From the NCBI GenBank assembly GCA_031835245.2, contig JAVKOQ020000098.1:62001-126000 (forward strand): 64,000 bases of DNA, in the 5' to 3' direction. This DNA comes from Balamuthia mandrillaris (Eukaryota). The notes under the pieces are model-generated. The model had not been told where the DNA came from, did not search any database, and saw only the letters and a program-made list of their open reading frames with translations. Position numbers and translations under genes: made by a program. Below are positions 45,329-57,504 of this stretch, one piece after another. Numbering within the stretch: the first letter of the stretch is position 1; every line of letters starts with the position of its first letter.

Positions 45329-46981
45329 ATGAGCGAAGAAGAAAGCGACGCAGAGGAAAGGGGTTTTCGTCCTGGCAGGATGGAGCAAGAGGACCAAGAG
45401 CTGGCCTACGCGCTGCTCCTTAGCAAGGAGGAGGCTGAACGAGAAACCAAAGAACGACAACGGCAGAAAGACCTCTTGCGGTCTTCCCAGGAACTGACGG
45501 AGGTGCAGATCAACAGGAGCGACCATGGCCACTCTCGCCTGCTGCGTATCTTCAAACATGTGCAACAAACAGGGCTACACTCTGACGTGACTCTGGTGCT
45601 AAAGAAAAGACGGGGGGCCAACGAAGAGGAGGGCGAAGAGGAACGTATAAAGGCTCACAAACTTGTGTTGATGGCAAGCAGCGACGTATTTTGTAAAGCT
45701 CTGGGTGGTCCTGTTGAACAGCGGGACCAGGGCGCCGTATCAACGACCGAACATACTGCCACAAAGAAACGAAAAAGAACCGAGGACACCGAGGGAGGCC
45801 CCTCGGATGGAGTTTCCACCAACATTCAAGCAGATGAAGCACCCATCATCGTTGCGTCTTCAGACGAGGAGCCTCTGCAACTGATGGTACAAGTTGAGGA
45901 ACAAAACTTGCCAGCTTTTCACGCCATGTTGGAGTGGATGTACCAAGGAAGCGTGAGCGTTGGTGTGGAGCTGGTTCTGCCCTTGCTCCAGGTCTCCCAC
46001 GTCTTTGGAGTGGAAGAACTGAATCGGTCCTGTGGCGTCATTCTTACGGACAACATCACCACGCATACTGTCTTCGATGTCCTTACCACCGCTGAACGGT
46101 TTCACTGCGAAACCCTTTGTGTACTTTTTCCATTCTTTGTTATTTTCTGTTTTATTGTTATATCTTCCTTACATTACACCTCCCTGCAGACGGCATGTGC
46201 CGAGTTTATTGGCTTGAACCTGTACCAACTGTACAAGCAAAAAAAGCTGTTTGATATTACATTGGACACTTGGGAACTTATACTTCAGGTATCGCTTTCT
46301 CCTCTCATCATTCCGTTTGTTTTCTTCCTTTCACACTCTTTCGCACAACAGAGAGACAAACTGTACATAACTTCAGAAGAGAAACTCTTTCGAATGGTGA
46401 AAAAATACGCGGGCACCTTTGCAGACACTCAACGAGATGCCATCCTGGAAAGGCTCCTTCCCAGCCTTCGGTGGCAACACATGGCCAGCCAATTCCTCTT
46501 TGAAAAAGTGGAGCGGGACTCCACCATGCTCCACCTGCCTCTCACCCACAAGCTGCTGCATGATGCCTACCGCAGCCAGGCCTGTCGCAAAAGGGGCATC
46601 CACCACGCCAAGCCCGTTTTCCTCAGCTCAGGTGTCCTCCAGCTGCCTCCGCGGACCTTCCTGATGAGCGCCACCGCGCCCATGGCCAGGGGAAATGGGT
46701 CCCTCAATGCAGAGCAGGAATGGCCCTTCGTATTAACGCCGACATTTTCTCCTCAACAACAACGAGGCGGTGGGCATGTAGGAACAGAGGTGGGACAAGC
46801 GGTGTTGGAGTTGATTCGCGGGGAGAGAGACCCAAAGGGCATATCAGTACAGAACATAACGGCGGCCTTGTCCTCCATGGCCACCGACACGCAGATCAGA
46901 GACGCCATCGAAGCGCTCAGGAACGAGGCCCTCATTTATTCTCCGATGCCCTGTGACCGTTTTTGTGCCACTGGTCTGTAA
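45329..46981 (+). CDS. UIM + BTB/POZ + BACK protein with C-terminal RPA32-C-like winged helix
   Basis: EDQELAYALLLSKEE; HSDVTLV...IKAHKLVLMASSDVF, FHAMLEWMYQG; SEEKLFRMV, LLPSLRW; VLELIR...GISV...IRDAIEALRNEALIYS...DRF. Confidence 0.85.
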   Translation: MSEEESDAEERGFRPGRMEQEDQELAYALLLSKEEAERETKERQRQKDLLRSSQELTEVQINRSDHGHSRLLRIFKHVQQTGLHSDVTLVLKKRRGANEEEGEEERIKAHKLVLMASSDVFCKALGGPVEQRDQGAVSTTEHTATKKRKRTEDTEGGPSDGVSTNIQADEAPIIVASSDEEPLQLMVQVEEQNLPAFHAMLEWMYQGSVSVGVELVLPLLQVSHVFGVEELNRSCGVILTDNITTHTVFDVLTTAERFHCETLCVLFPFFVIFCFIVISSLHYTSLQTACAEFIGLNLYQLYKQKKLFDITLDTWELILQVSLSPLIIPFVFFLSHSFAQQRDKLYITSEEKLFRMVKKYAGTFADTQRDAILERLLPSLRWQHMASQFLFEKVERDSTMLHLPLTHKLLHDAYRSQACRKRGIHHAKPVFLSSGVLQLPPRTFLMSATAPMARGNGSLNAEQEWPFVLTPTFSPQQQRGGGHVGTEVGQAVLELIRGERDPKGISVQNITAALSSMATDTQIRDAIEALRNEALIYSPMPCDRFCATGL

Positions 46982-47042
46982 ACATCCAACCGCCAAACCT
47001 CCTTCTCCTTTTTTTTTAACAAAATGACAAAAAAACTTCTCT

Positions 47043-47081
<39 letters not shown>

Positions 47082-47531
47082 CTTTCTTCGCTGCTTCGGG
47101 CCTCTCTCTGTGCTGTTGCTCCTGGTTTGGTCAAAACATCATGACGACGCGAGTAATGCCCGAACATCTTAATTCATTCATTAGCGATATGTGAGCGGCT
47201 GCTGCCATCGCCTGCATTACAAGAAACGAAAAAAAAATACAAAAAAACAAAAGGGAAGGCATTGCGCAAGGTTTGTTTTTTGTGTGGGGTGTGTCGGCCT
47301 CTTTTTTTGGTCTCTCCCCTCCTGCGGCTTTTTTTTTTTATCTTTTGGACTACCTGCAAACGAGATTGGCCTGGGGAAAAAACCCAACAAGTGGCGGGAG
47401 GCCTGCCTTTCCTCCGAGTGACTGATACAGCCCATCGACGGCCGTCGGCTTTTTCTGTTTTTTGTGGTCTATGGGCAAAGGGATTTGGAAAGGGGAGGGG
47501 ACGAGCTTGAAGAAGAAGAACATCCAACAAA

Positions 47532-49866
47532 ATGGCGATAGGTATGTTAAGCAAAATCAAAAAGAAGGAGAAAGGGAAGAAGGATGTTGCCGTCCCTCGA
47601 AGCGGGAAAGGCTCCTTGGCTGCCTTTCTGGCCAAGGAAGGTCCCAAGTCCCCCGCTACCACCAGAGAAATTAAACACGACACAGAGGACCCCTCTCAAA
47701 AATCGAACTCGGGGACCATCTCTTTCGACCCGCAAACCTTTTCCTCCGTGCCAGCCTCCTCCTCTTCCTCTTCCTCTTCCTCCTCCTCCGTTGGCTTTAG
47801 CCAATCGACCCGCAATCCTTCTCCTCGCCCTCTGCCTCGCCCTCGACCCGCAACCATGCTCTCTCATGACAAAGCTATCGCTCAAGGGGACGCTACCATC
47901 CGCGGCCCCTACTCCCCCATGACCAATGAACAGCGGTCAGACTCTTTCCCTCCCGGTAGCAAGCTGAAGACCAGACCCGTTACCATTGTGGGCCGAACCA
48001 ACGCCACTCTTCGAGAACCTATTTCTTCTTCTGCCTTTACTTCTTCTGGTGGTGGCGGCGAGGGCAGTGACGGCAGTGGCAGAGGCTCTTCTCGAGGCGG
48101 AGAAGCCTCGGCGGAGGATGGTAATAAGGGCGAGTCGCTGGGAGAGCCGCAAGAAGCCGCAAATAGCTCACAGGAAAAGGTTCCTACCACCGTGCAGCAG
48201 ACTCACGACTCGCGCTCCATCCGGATTAATGCTTCAGCGCAGCAACCTGCTCCTAGCGCTAGGGGCGCTTTCACATCAGGTTGGTGTTTGCGTGGTTGAT
48301 GCTGTTTGTTGCGGTCGTGTTCTCGTTGTTCTTTTCTCTCTTGTCGTTTCCTTCTTTCTCTCTACTTCTCTATCTGCTTTCTTCTTATGGACTTTGTTTA
48401 TATTTCTCACAACAGCCCAACAACGGCGTAAAGTGACATCAGTGCCATCCAACAACAATCTTAAGTTCGTAGAGAAACCAGTAGTTCCTCCTCGCGGCAC
48501 AAAGCCAGCTATTCCTTCCCGCCCCTTTGTATCCGCCACACCCGCCACCACTTCTTTCTCTTCCTCGACTTCATCCAGTTCTCTCTCTGGTATAGTCTCT
48601 CCTATTGGCTCCCGACGAGCAGGCCCTCGTCCCCTGCCGGTTACGCCTCCTCCGAAGACCACAAGAGATGATTCAACCACTAATTTTTGGGGTTCATCCA
48701 ACGAAGACTTTTCCCGACTCTCTGTACGAGAGAAAAGGAGATCCAGAAGCATGGCACCCCTTCCCTCTCGTCGCGCCTTTTCTCCTCCACCAACGTTGAC
48801 TTCTGCTTCATCGTCATCGTTTCTCTTGGCACAGACTCAAAGGGAACAAGAACTACCAACAAAACAACCAGAACTATCGGTTAACAACTTTACTGTTGAG
48901 CCACAAAATCCTCAATCGCTGGATCCGGACGACGGGACGCCTCGACGACGAAGTGCTTCCATCAGCCACCAAAATCTTACTCAGTCTGCTCCTTCCTTTG
49001 CCTCTGCTTCTTCCTCCTCCGCTCTTCCTCTCCCTCCTCCTTCTTCTCTTCCACCTCCTCCTGCTCCTCCCGCCATACAAGAACCAGGGTCTGCATCAAC
49101 CGACGAAACTGCCACAACCGCAACCACAACACCGACACCACAAGAAATGGAAGAAACACAAAGGAAGGAAGAAGAACAACAACGGCCTTTCCCCAAAGAC
49201 CCAAGAGCTCAAGTCCTTCGGGAGATCATCGATACAGAACGAACCTATAACAAGCACCTGGATGTCATTGTCAACATTTGGATGAAGACTATGAAGACAT
49301 CTGGATGTGAGCAACTAGGTCTAAAGCCTGATTTCGACTTTCAAACCCTGTTTGCCAATGTGGAACAATTATCGTACATTAACAAAGAGCTATTGGCATC
49401 TTTGGACGGATTGGAGGATCTTCCTGTGGAAGAACAGAACGTTGGCGAACGGTTTTTGAAATTTGTAAGGCTCCTTTCTATCTCTTTTTGGAAGTTACGT
49501 TTCGTTCATGACCTAATGGCTTCATTCCTTCTTTAACTTAGAGCGACTATCTCAAAATGTATTTGGCTTACTGCAACAACCAGAACAAAGCTATCATGTT
49601 CCTAAATGACAACAAATCAAACTCCAAACTCAATAACGTTCTAGAGGTATGTCGATTGCTTCTCCAAAGTTATCACCTTCTAACTTGAGTAAAAACAGTC
49701 CATCAGGCAACAACCAGAGTGCGAGAAGTTGGACATTCAGTCTTGGCTCATCAAACCGATGCAGCGAATTACCAAATATCCATTACTCTTGCGGGTTCCT
49801 TTTTCTTACCAACCTTTTCTTTCTTTTCAATTTTTTTGAAAGTCGTGTTACTGACTCCTCTACCTG

Positions 49867-49898
<32 letters not shown>

Positions 49899-50942
49899 CA
49901 CACAATAGGAATTAATCAAACAAACAGAGGAACAACACCCAGATTTTGCGAGCCTCGTTAAGTGCCACCGAAAGTTGTCAGATGTAGTTGCTCAAATCAA
50001 CACAACCCGACAGAAAACCGAAAACTTCGTGTATCTCTCAGAGCTACAAAACTCGCTGGAAGGCGGCGATGTTCGTTTCTTCTTTCTCCTTGCTTCTTTA
50101 TCGTTTCTCTCTCTATTTCTTTTTTTAATCTCTTTGTCTTACCGATTACGCAGTCGCTACACCTGTTAAACTCTATGAGACATGTTGTGAAAGAAGATTC
50201 ATTCAAGAAAGTCAAAGTGGATAAAACCACCGTCAAAGGAGCAAGATTGTGGTTGTTTAATGACGTGTTGTTGGTGGCCGCTCCCTCCACTACTGGGAGG
50301 GTTGGCCTCGGCAAGAAATGGATTCCCAAGACACCAGTCATCCCTGTTTCTACTGTGCTCGTGTGGGACGTTCCTGACTCCAAAGATGGTTCTCTGTGCA
50401 TCTGCTTCGTGTTTCTTCTTGTTCTTCCTGTTCTTCATGTTCAGCTTGTTCTTCAGCTTTTCTTTTTCTTCTTCATCATCTTCGAGACTGACTTCTTTTC
50501 TTTTAGCCAAATTTGCATTTTCCATAGTGGTAAGAGACACCACTGGAAAGTATTCAGTGGACAAGATAACGGTATTCGCTAGTTCTGCTGCGGAGAAGGA
50601 TGCGTGGATCAGCCAAATCAACGACTGCGTAGTATCTATTCCGGAGAGCCTTTTGCTTGGCCCTCTCAACAGCGAAACCCAAGCCGCTGTCGTTGGTACT
50701 TGTTCTCTCTCTCTCTCTCTCTCTCATTCTCTTTTCTGCTTTTCTTATCGTCTCATCCCTATGTAGACAAATTCTTTGCTGGGAAGGGCTCCTCGTTGGC
50801 AACCATGCCAATAACAACCACCACACCTCCATCACCTCCATCTACCGTAACTCTTGTCAGCGCCCCAGCCACCACCGCCACCACCTCTACCATTACCACC
50901 CCTGCCACTGCAGCCCCTTCCCCAGCCACCATCCCAACATGA
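47532..50942 (+). CDS. RhoGEF (DH-PH) with long Pro/Ser-rich N-terminus (multi-exon)
   Basis: RAQVLREIIDTERTY, LFANVEQL, VGERFLKF, YLAYCNNQ, LIKPMQRITKYPLLL, RLWLFNDVLLVA, FASSAAEKDAWISQI. Confidence 0.92.
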
Positions 50943-51703
50943 TATCTCCCATAGCACAAGTAACTCTCTTTTTTTTTTTAATGTGATAGTAATATAAACT
51001 AGCAGCCCTTATTTTTTAGTACGCGACAGCTATAATATTATTTACCCAAAGAACACAAGAAGAAGATAAAGAGTTAGTCATTTCCATTCTATAGCCTGTT
51101 TGTTTGTTTGTTCTTTATTTTGGTGGAAAGCGACCGATACACATGATGAAAGGGGAAGCGGACAGGACGACGCCGCAGGTAAGCTTCCCTCTCATTCTTC
51201 GTTCTTCACTCCCTGACTGACCCTTTTGTGTTGTCTTTTGTTTTTGTTGTTTTTGTGTTTTGTTTTTGTTGTTTTTGTGTTTGTTTTTAGTTTTTGGTGA
51301 TAAAGTAGTGGATTGATTTGGCGGATCTTTTCATGTGCTGCTGCTAATTATAAGAGGACCTCACACAACTCATTTGTAAATTGGCCAACAGGGAGGATGA
51401 CCCGTCCATTGCGTAAGCAACACGCGCCAAAGCATCAGCAACAGCAACAGCAGGAATTTTGTCAGTGCTCACGCGCGCACGGGGCAACAACATGCCAGAC
51501 AACAGAGTTCCCCTTCTCCTGCTTTTTTTTGCTATTTCTCTCCTGCAGGTGGCCAACCCTCCCCTCCCCCCCTTTTTTTTTTGCCTCTACAAGCATTGGC
51601 CTGGTGTGCTATCTTTCTGGTCTTTCCAAGCCATGAGCACTCACTGAACTGCCAAACTTTTTTTTAAATCTGCTCTTTGGCTCGCTTTTTGACCTGACGA
51701 AGG

Positions 51704-52246
51704 ATGTTGGGACAAGGCAGCGGAGAAGTGCCAAAGCGGTGGTCTTCTCAGGTTGAGGGACAACAACAAACTCCTCAACCTTCTTCTGCTGTTGCTGCTT
51801 CTGCTTCTTCTTCTACTGCTACTGCCGCTTCTTCTTCCTCATCGCCATTTATCTTTGCTCCACCGGCTCCCTCACCTTTTCCTTCTGCTCCTTCCTCCAC
51901 CAGGAAGAGAGGCAGAAGTTTAGTGTGGTTTCGCAAGGGGCTACGCCTGCACGACAACCCTGCCTTGCTGCAAGCCCTCCAGGATGAGCCGGAGAGGGTC
52001 TACCCAGTGTTTGTGATCGACCCTCACTTTATCCAACCGCAGACGGTGGGCCTGCGGCGGTACAATTTCATGCTGGAGAGCCTGCGGGACCTTGACAAAG
52101 GCCTCCGTGGCCTTCGTTCTCGGTTGTTGGTGTTGAGGGGTGACCCTGTGCAAGTCTTGCCTGTCTACTTTCAGCGTTGGAAGATCACGCGTCTAACTTT
52201 TGAGCGCGACACAGAACCTTATGCCAAGGTACCACTTTTATTTTCT

Positions 52247-52287
<41 letters not shown>

Positions 52288-54049
52288 TTCTTCTATCGAC
52301 CTGTTAAAATCCAAGTATACTCATTGAATTATCATCTATTGTCTCCCATTAAAACTTCAACAGGTGAGAGATGAGACGATCGCGAGACTGGCAAGAGAGG
52401 CCAATGTGGAGGTACGCTGCCCAACGTCTCACACCCTATGGGATCCTGATCAGTTGTTGGCCCTCAATGGTGGACGGGCGCCGTTGACGTATCAAGCCTT
52501 TCTGGGCTTAATCAAGAGAGCAGGAGAGCCTCTCTCCCCTGTTTTAACTCCTACTGAGCCGTTGCCTTCCTACAATCCAACTCCAGAGAGTGACGAAGGA
52601 GAAGAAGAGGAAGTTATTCCGGATGAGGATTATTCCGTTCCCACTTTGGAAGAGTTGAATTATCCGCCTGTACCTGTGAGTAAACCTACACCGTGGCATG
52701 GAGGTCTCTCTCTCTCCCCTTTCTTTCGACTTCAAGGGTTAATTTTAGGCTTTGTAGGAGAAAGCGAGGGTTTGGCTATGCTAGAGCGATACTTGGCAGA
52801 CAAGAAAAAAGTGGCCACGTTTGATAAGCCTAAAGGCAATCCATGTAAGATAAAACCGCCATGCACTACCACCCTTTCACCCTACATGAAGTTTGGTTGC
52901 GTTTCTTGCAGAACGTTCTTCTATGCGCTGCAAGCTGTATACAAAACAACGGAATCCTATACACAGCCTCCTGTCTCCTTACTTGGTCAACTTTATTGGT
53001 ATCCTTTCACATCATTCTCTTCCTCTTACTCTTCCCCTGGCTTTTTGTTCTTTGCTTCATTCCTCCTATGTAGACGATATGATTGACCACTATCACAGGA
53101 GAGAATTCTTCTACCTAGTGGCCTACTGCACCCCCAACTTTGACAAGATGGAAAACAATCCCATCTGCAAGCAAATTCCGTGGAGGCCTGACGACGAGGA
53201 GTTTCTTGCCGCGTGGAAGGAGTGTCGCACAGGCTACCCCTGGATTGACGCTTGCATGAAACAACTAAACGACTGGGGTTGGATGCACCATCTTGCCCGA
53301 CATGCTGGTACCATATTTTCTATGTTTCCTTTTCGTTTTTCTCTATTGCTAACAACCGCCAAGTGGCTTGTTTCTTGACAAGAGGAGACTTGTGGGTGCA
53401 TTGGATTAAAGGCAGGGATGTCTTTGACACCCTCCTGCTGGACGCCGACTGGTCCCTTAACAACGCTAACTGGCTGTGGCTCTCCGCCTCTGCGTTCTTC
53501 ACGGCCTACTTCCGGATCTACAACCCGATTACCTTTGCCCAAAAGTACGACCGAGAGGGCAAGTTTGTGAAACACTTTCTGCCCGTGCTTAAGCATTTCC
53601 CTCGCGAGTACGTCTACGAGCCCTGGAGAGCCCCGCTTAGCGTGCAGCGCAAGGCTGGCTGCATCATTGGGCGTGATTATCCCTTTCCCATTGTGGAGCA
53701 TTCTTCTGTCTCGAGGGAGAACAAGGAGAAGATGAAGTTGGCCTACAATGCCGGTAACCATGGGTATCGTTCTTCACCCCGTTCCTCGAACGGTACGAGA
53801 AAGAGAGCGCGAACGCCACCAGATCAGGCTACGTTGGAGGATGGAAAAGCCAAGTCGCGTCATAAACTGCAACAGGTCAACAAAAAAGTACATGCGAGCA
53901 AAGCAAAGCGAAAGGTGCAAGAAGAAACAGAAGCAGGAGAAAAGAAATTGCCGTTGAAGGAAAAGGAAAAGGAAGATGAAGATGAAGAAGACGGAGATGG
54001 AGATGGAGATGATGACGATTATGAAGACGATGAAGATTTTTTGATGTAG
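51704..54049 (+). CDS. (6-4) photolyase / animal-cryptochrome-clade flavoprotein (multi-exon)
   Basis: [75 protein letters not shown]; basic then acidic C-terminal tail. Confidence 0.93.
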
Positions 54050-54086
54050 CTGCCAAAGCCCTTTCCTCGTCACACCACAGAATGAA

Positions 54087-54202
54087 AGAGAGAGGAGAGA
54101 GGAGAGAGGAGAGAGGAGAGAGGAGAGAGGAGAGAGGAGAGGAGAGAGAGAGAGAGAGAGGAGAGAGGAGAGAGGAGAGAGGGAGAGAGGAGAGAGGGAG
54201 AG

Positions 54203-54238
<36 letters not shown>

Positions 54239-54301
54239 AGAGGAGAGAGGAGAGAGGAGAGAGAGGAGAGAGGAGAGAGGAGAGAGGAGAGAGGAGAGAG
54301 G
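54087..54301. repeat. Intergenic (AGGAGAG)n/(AG)n microsatellite
   Basis: Tandem repeat seen directly. Confidence 0.9.
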
Positions 54302-54343
54302 AATGGTAAAAATGCAAAGAATGGAAGCAAAAAACTGAGGGAA

Positions 54344-55311
54344 ATGCAAATGGAAAACAAAGAGCAACAAGGAGGCGAAGGGGAAGCGGCGGCGGCGCAG
54401 CTCCTCCCGGCTTCTCCGTTGCACCCCTCCTCCTCCTTTCCTCTCTTTTACGTTCCACGCCAACACCCGCTCTACTGCTCGCCGGCCTGCTCTCCCGCCC
54501 TCCTCTCCAAGAGACCAAGGGCCAAGAGCCAAGATTTCATGTATTCCTTCCCCTCCTCCTCCTCCTCCTCTGCCGCCAGCACGGAGGAGCTGCAAGAAGG
54601 GCAAAGAGAAAAAGAGAAGGAACAAATAACACAGGAACAGGACGAGCAAAGAAGAAAGATTGAAACAGCAACAAAGAGAGCGAGTTCAACGCGGACACCG
54701 CAAGAGCTCACTGCTGCTGTTGGACGGCCAAGAGGGGGCAGCAGCTGCGGAGCCCACTCCCACCACCGCCAACATAAAAAGAATGAAGAGAGTGTTGCGC
54801 GAGGCACTACTATCACTTGTCCCGCGGTGAACTCGAGGGCAGAAGCGACGACCACCACTCCTTCTCCCCCAAAAACAAAAGGACACATGCACGGCAGTGT
54901 AATCTCTGAAAAATTACGCCAAAAGTGGGAGATACCTCCTGGCGTTCAGCCCATTCGAGGTTCATCTTCTTTGCTTCTCGTTCTTTCTTCATTGCTCTCT
55001 CTCTCTCTCTCTCTCTCTCTCCGGTTTTTCTCGTTGCGTTGCGTTGTGTTGTGTCCTTCCTCCTTCCTTCCTTCTTTCGTTCTTACCAAATGTGAAAAAC
55101 AGTGTTCAGCGCTTCGTATTTGAAGCCAAGGCCAAGCCGAGGGAAGCTCTATATATTCCCAGAGGCTATTTGCTTCAGCAGCTATACCCACAGAACCACC
55201 GTGTGCATTCCTTTCTCACGGGTGACGGGCATCCGGCAGAAGCATCGCCCACGCCTCAAGATCTACACTTCTGCTGGTTTAACTGTTCGTGTTATTCCTC
55301 TTTATTCCTTT

Positions 55312-55392
<81 letters not shown>

Positions 55393-57450
55393 TCAACTTC
55401 TTTGCCAACTTATGCTTTCTTTCTGTATGAAAAAAAAAAGCACAAGTTTGGAGGCTTGATACATAAACAAAGAACAGAGGATCTGCTACGGCTAGTATGG
55501 GACATGAGCAGAGGCGATAAGGTTGCTTTGATACTCACTGATTTTAAGACAAAGCTTCTCCCCCTTCCTTTCAATCAAAGCCAACCTGCATCCTCCTCTT
55601 TGACCCAACATAGGGACTGAATATAGAGTTACTGAGAACAAGCGACCAGTACATTGAGGAACAAGCAGCGGCAAGGTATGACCAGAACTTGGCCGACTCG
55701 GACGATAGTAGCGACGAACAAGAAGAAAACGATGATGCCCATGAGGACGAAGATGAAGAGAACGAGATAAATGTTGTTCCACAAGGAGCAGAGGAAGACG
55801 CTGGAGAAAATGATGACGACTTGGTACCAACCGACGAAGATGGTGAGAAACAACCGAATAATACTGTGGAGAAAGAGCGTCTGTATTCATCTGTAGAATT
55901 ACGTAAGCGAAGATCCACTTCAATGCATGAGATTTTACACGTGAGCTCTCCGCCGAGCCTTCCCAGCAAAGACAGGCGTACTCACAACAAGCTCGGTTCT
56001 CAGATTCTGAAAGAAAAGAAGAAGAAAAAGAAAAAGGAAATCAAGCGGAGCAAGGAAGTGGAGAAAGCCATCAAAAAAGAGAAGAAAGGAAAGAAGGAGA
56101 TAGAAAAGGAGGTGCATTTTTACCAAGCCAGACCGGAAGAAGTTAACCTTAATGCGCTTTCCCTTTCTCCCTCAGCTGACAACCCATTAACAAAGGACTA
56201 TGGGGATATGCCTTCCATCCAGGATGACCCCTCCTCCACCTCTTCCTATTTCGAAAAGGGAGGAGAGGGCTTGCCACCAGAGGACGGCGCCCCTCCTGAT
56301 GCCACTGCTCAAGTGGCAGCGCCTCTCTCCTATATTTGGCACTTCTTCTTTGGGACAGGTTGTCCCGACCACCTGTTTCAAGTCATGCAAGAAGCTGGCT
56401 CTTCAGGTTCCAGGCCTCTTCTCTTTCTATTTTTTTTCTTTCCTGACTTTTCGTTTCGTAGGAATCAGCTTGGAGGATTGGATCGAACGAGACTACTGTG
56501 GAGGCACTTTCATGGAACGTAAGATGCGGTACACGAAACCAGTGAAAATGGTGAAAGGCGGGCAATGTGATGTATTACAAACTCAACGAGTCGCTCGCAC
56601 AAACAAAGAGTAAGCTTAGACCCATTCGCTTCTTTCAAAAGAGTTTGCTGATATTCCCCAATCTTAACACTGACTCAGCACAATATTGGTGTCAACGGAG
56701 AACGAAATGCCTAGCGCTCCCTATGGTACCTCTTTTCCATCGTTCTCTCCTCTCATGTCTGCTAACGATTTGTGTTTATAGGCGATTCGTTCACAGTACG
56801 AGCATTTTGGAAGATGACAGGCGTGAATAACAACCATACACTATTGGAGCTGTGGGTGTGGGCAAACTGGCACAAAGCCCCACCGCGTTTGTTGAAAGGT
56901 CTCTATCCCTCTCTGCCCCTCCTCGCTTCCTCACCGTTTTCCTTCTGAAAATCGTTTCAACAATATAGGAACGGTGGAAAAGGGCGCAAAGAAGGGAACC
57001 ATTAATTCTTTTCAAAGTTTAGTGGATGCCACGCAGAAAAAAATCGAACAAGATTGTAACAGTGAGAAGATCTGCTCAGGCGGTGCCTCTTCCCACAACC
57101 AGTCAGCCTCGCACCCATCTGACACTCCTCTCCGGAAAGGAAGCACAGCATCAACCACTGGAAACGTTGGAGTATCCACAGCAACACCAAAAGAAGGATC
57201 TTCTCTGCGTCACTATTTGGAAGGGTGGCTACAGGATAGATACTCACTGTCAGGCTACACGCTGCTTGCAGGTTTTTGCCTCATCCTGTTCCTTCTACTT
57301 ATGTGCTTCTATTATCACGCCAGCGCGGGATGGCTGATGATCGAAAACACTGGCCTGAGAGGGCGAGTGGCTGCTCTGGAAGCCATTCTCGTTGGTCGTG
57401 AGGGCATCGGTGCTGCTGGTGATACTCCTCTATCTCAGTATCCACAGTGA
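54344..57450 (+). CDS. GRAM + VASt/StART-like + C-terminal TM protein (GRAMD1/Aster/Lam-like lipid transfer protein, multi-exon)
   Basis: GRAM FSASYL...GKLYIFPEAICFSS...CIPFSRV; VASt RKMRYTKP, PSAPYG/DSFTVRAFWKM; C-terminal TM LLAGFCLILFLLLM followed by a short coil. Confidence 0.8.
55312..55390 (+). repeat. Intronic (TTGC)n tetranucleotide microsatellite
   Basis: About 19 tandem units seen directly. Confidence 0.9.
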
Positions 57451-57504
57451 TGTTTAAAATATAGTGATGAAAGAGTATATCAACTTTAAATATTCGTTGA
57501 TCAA

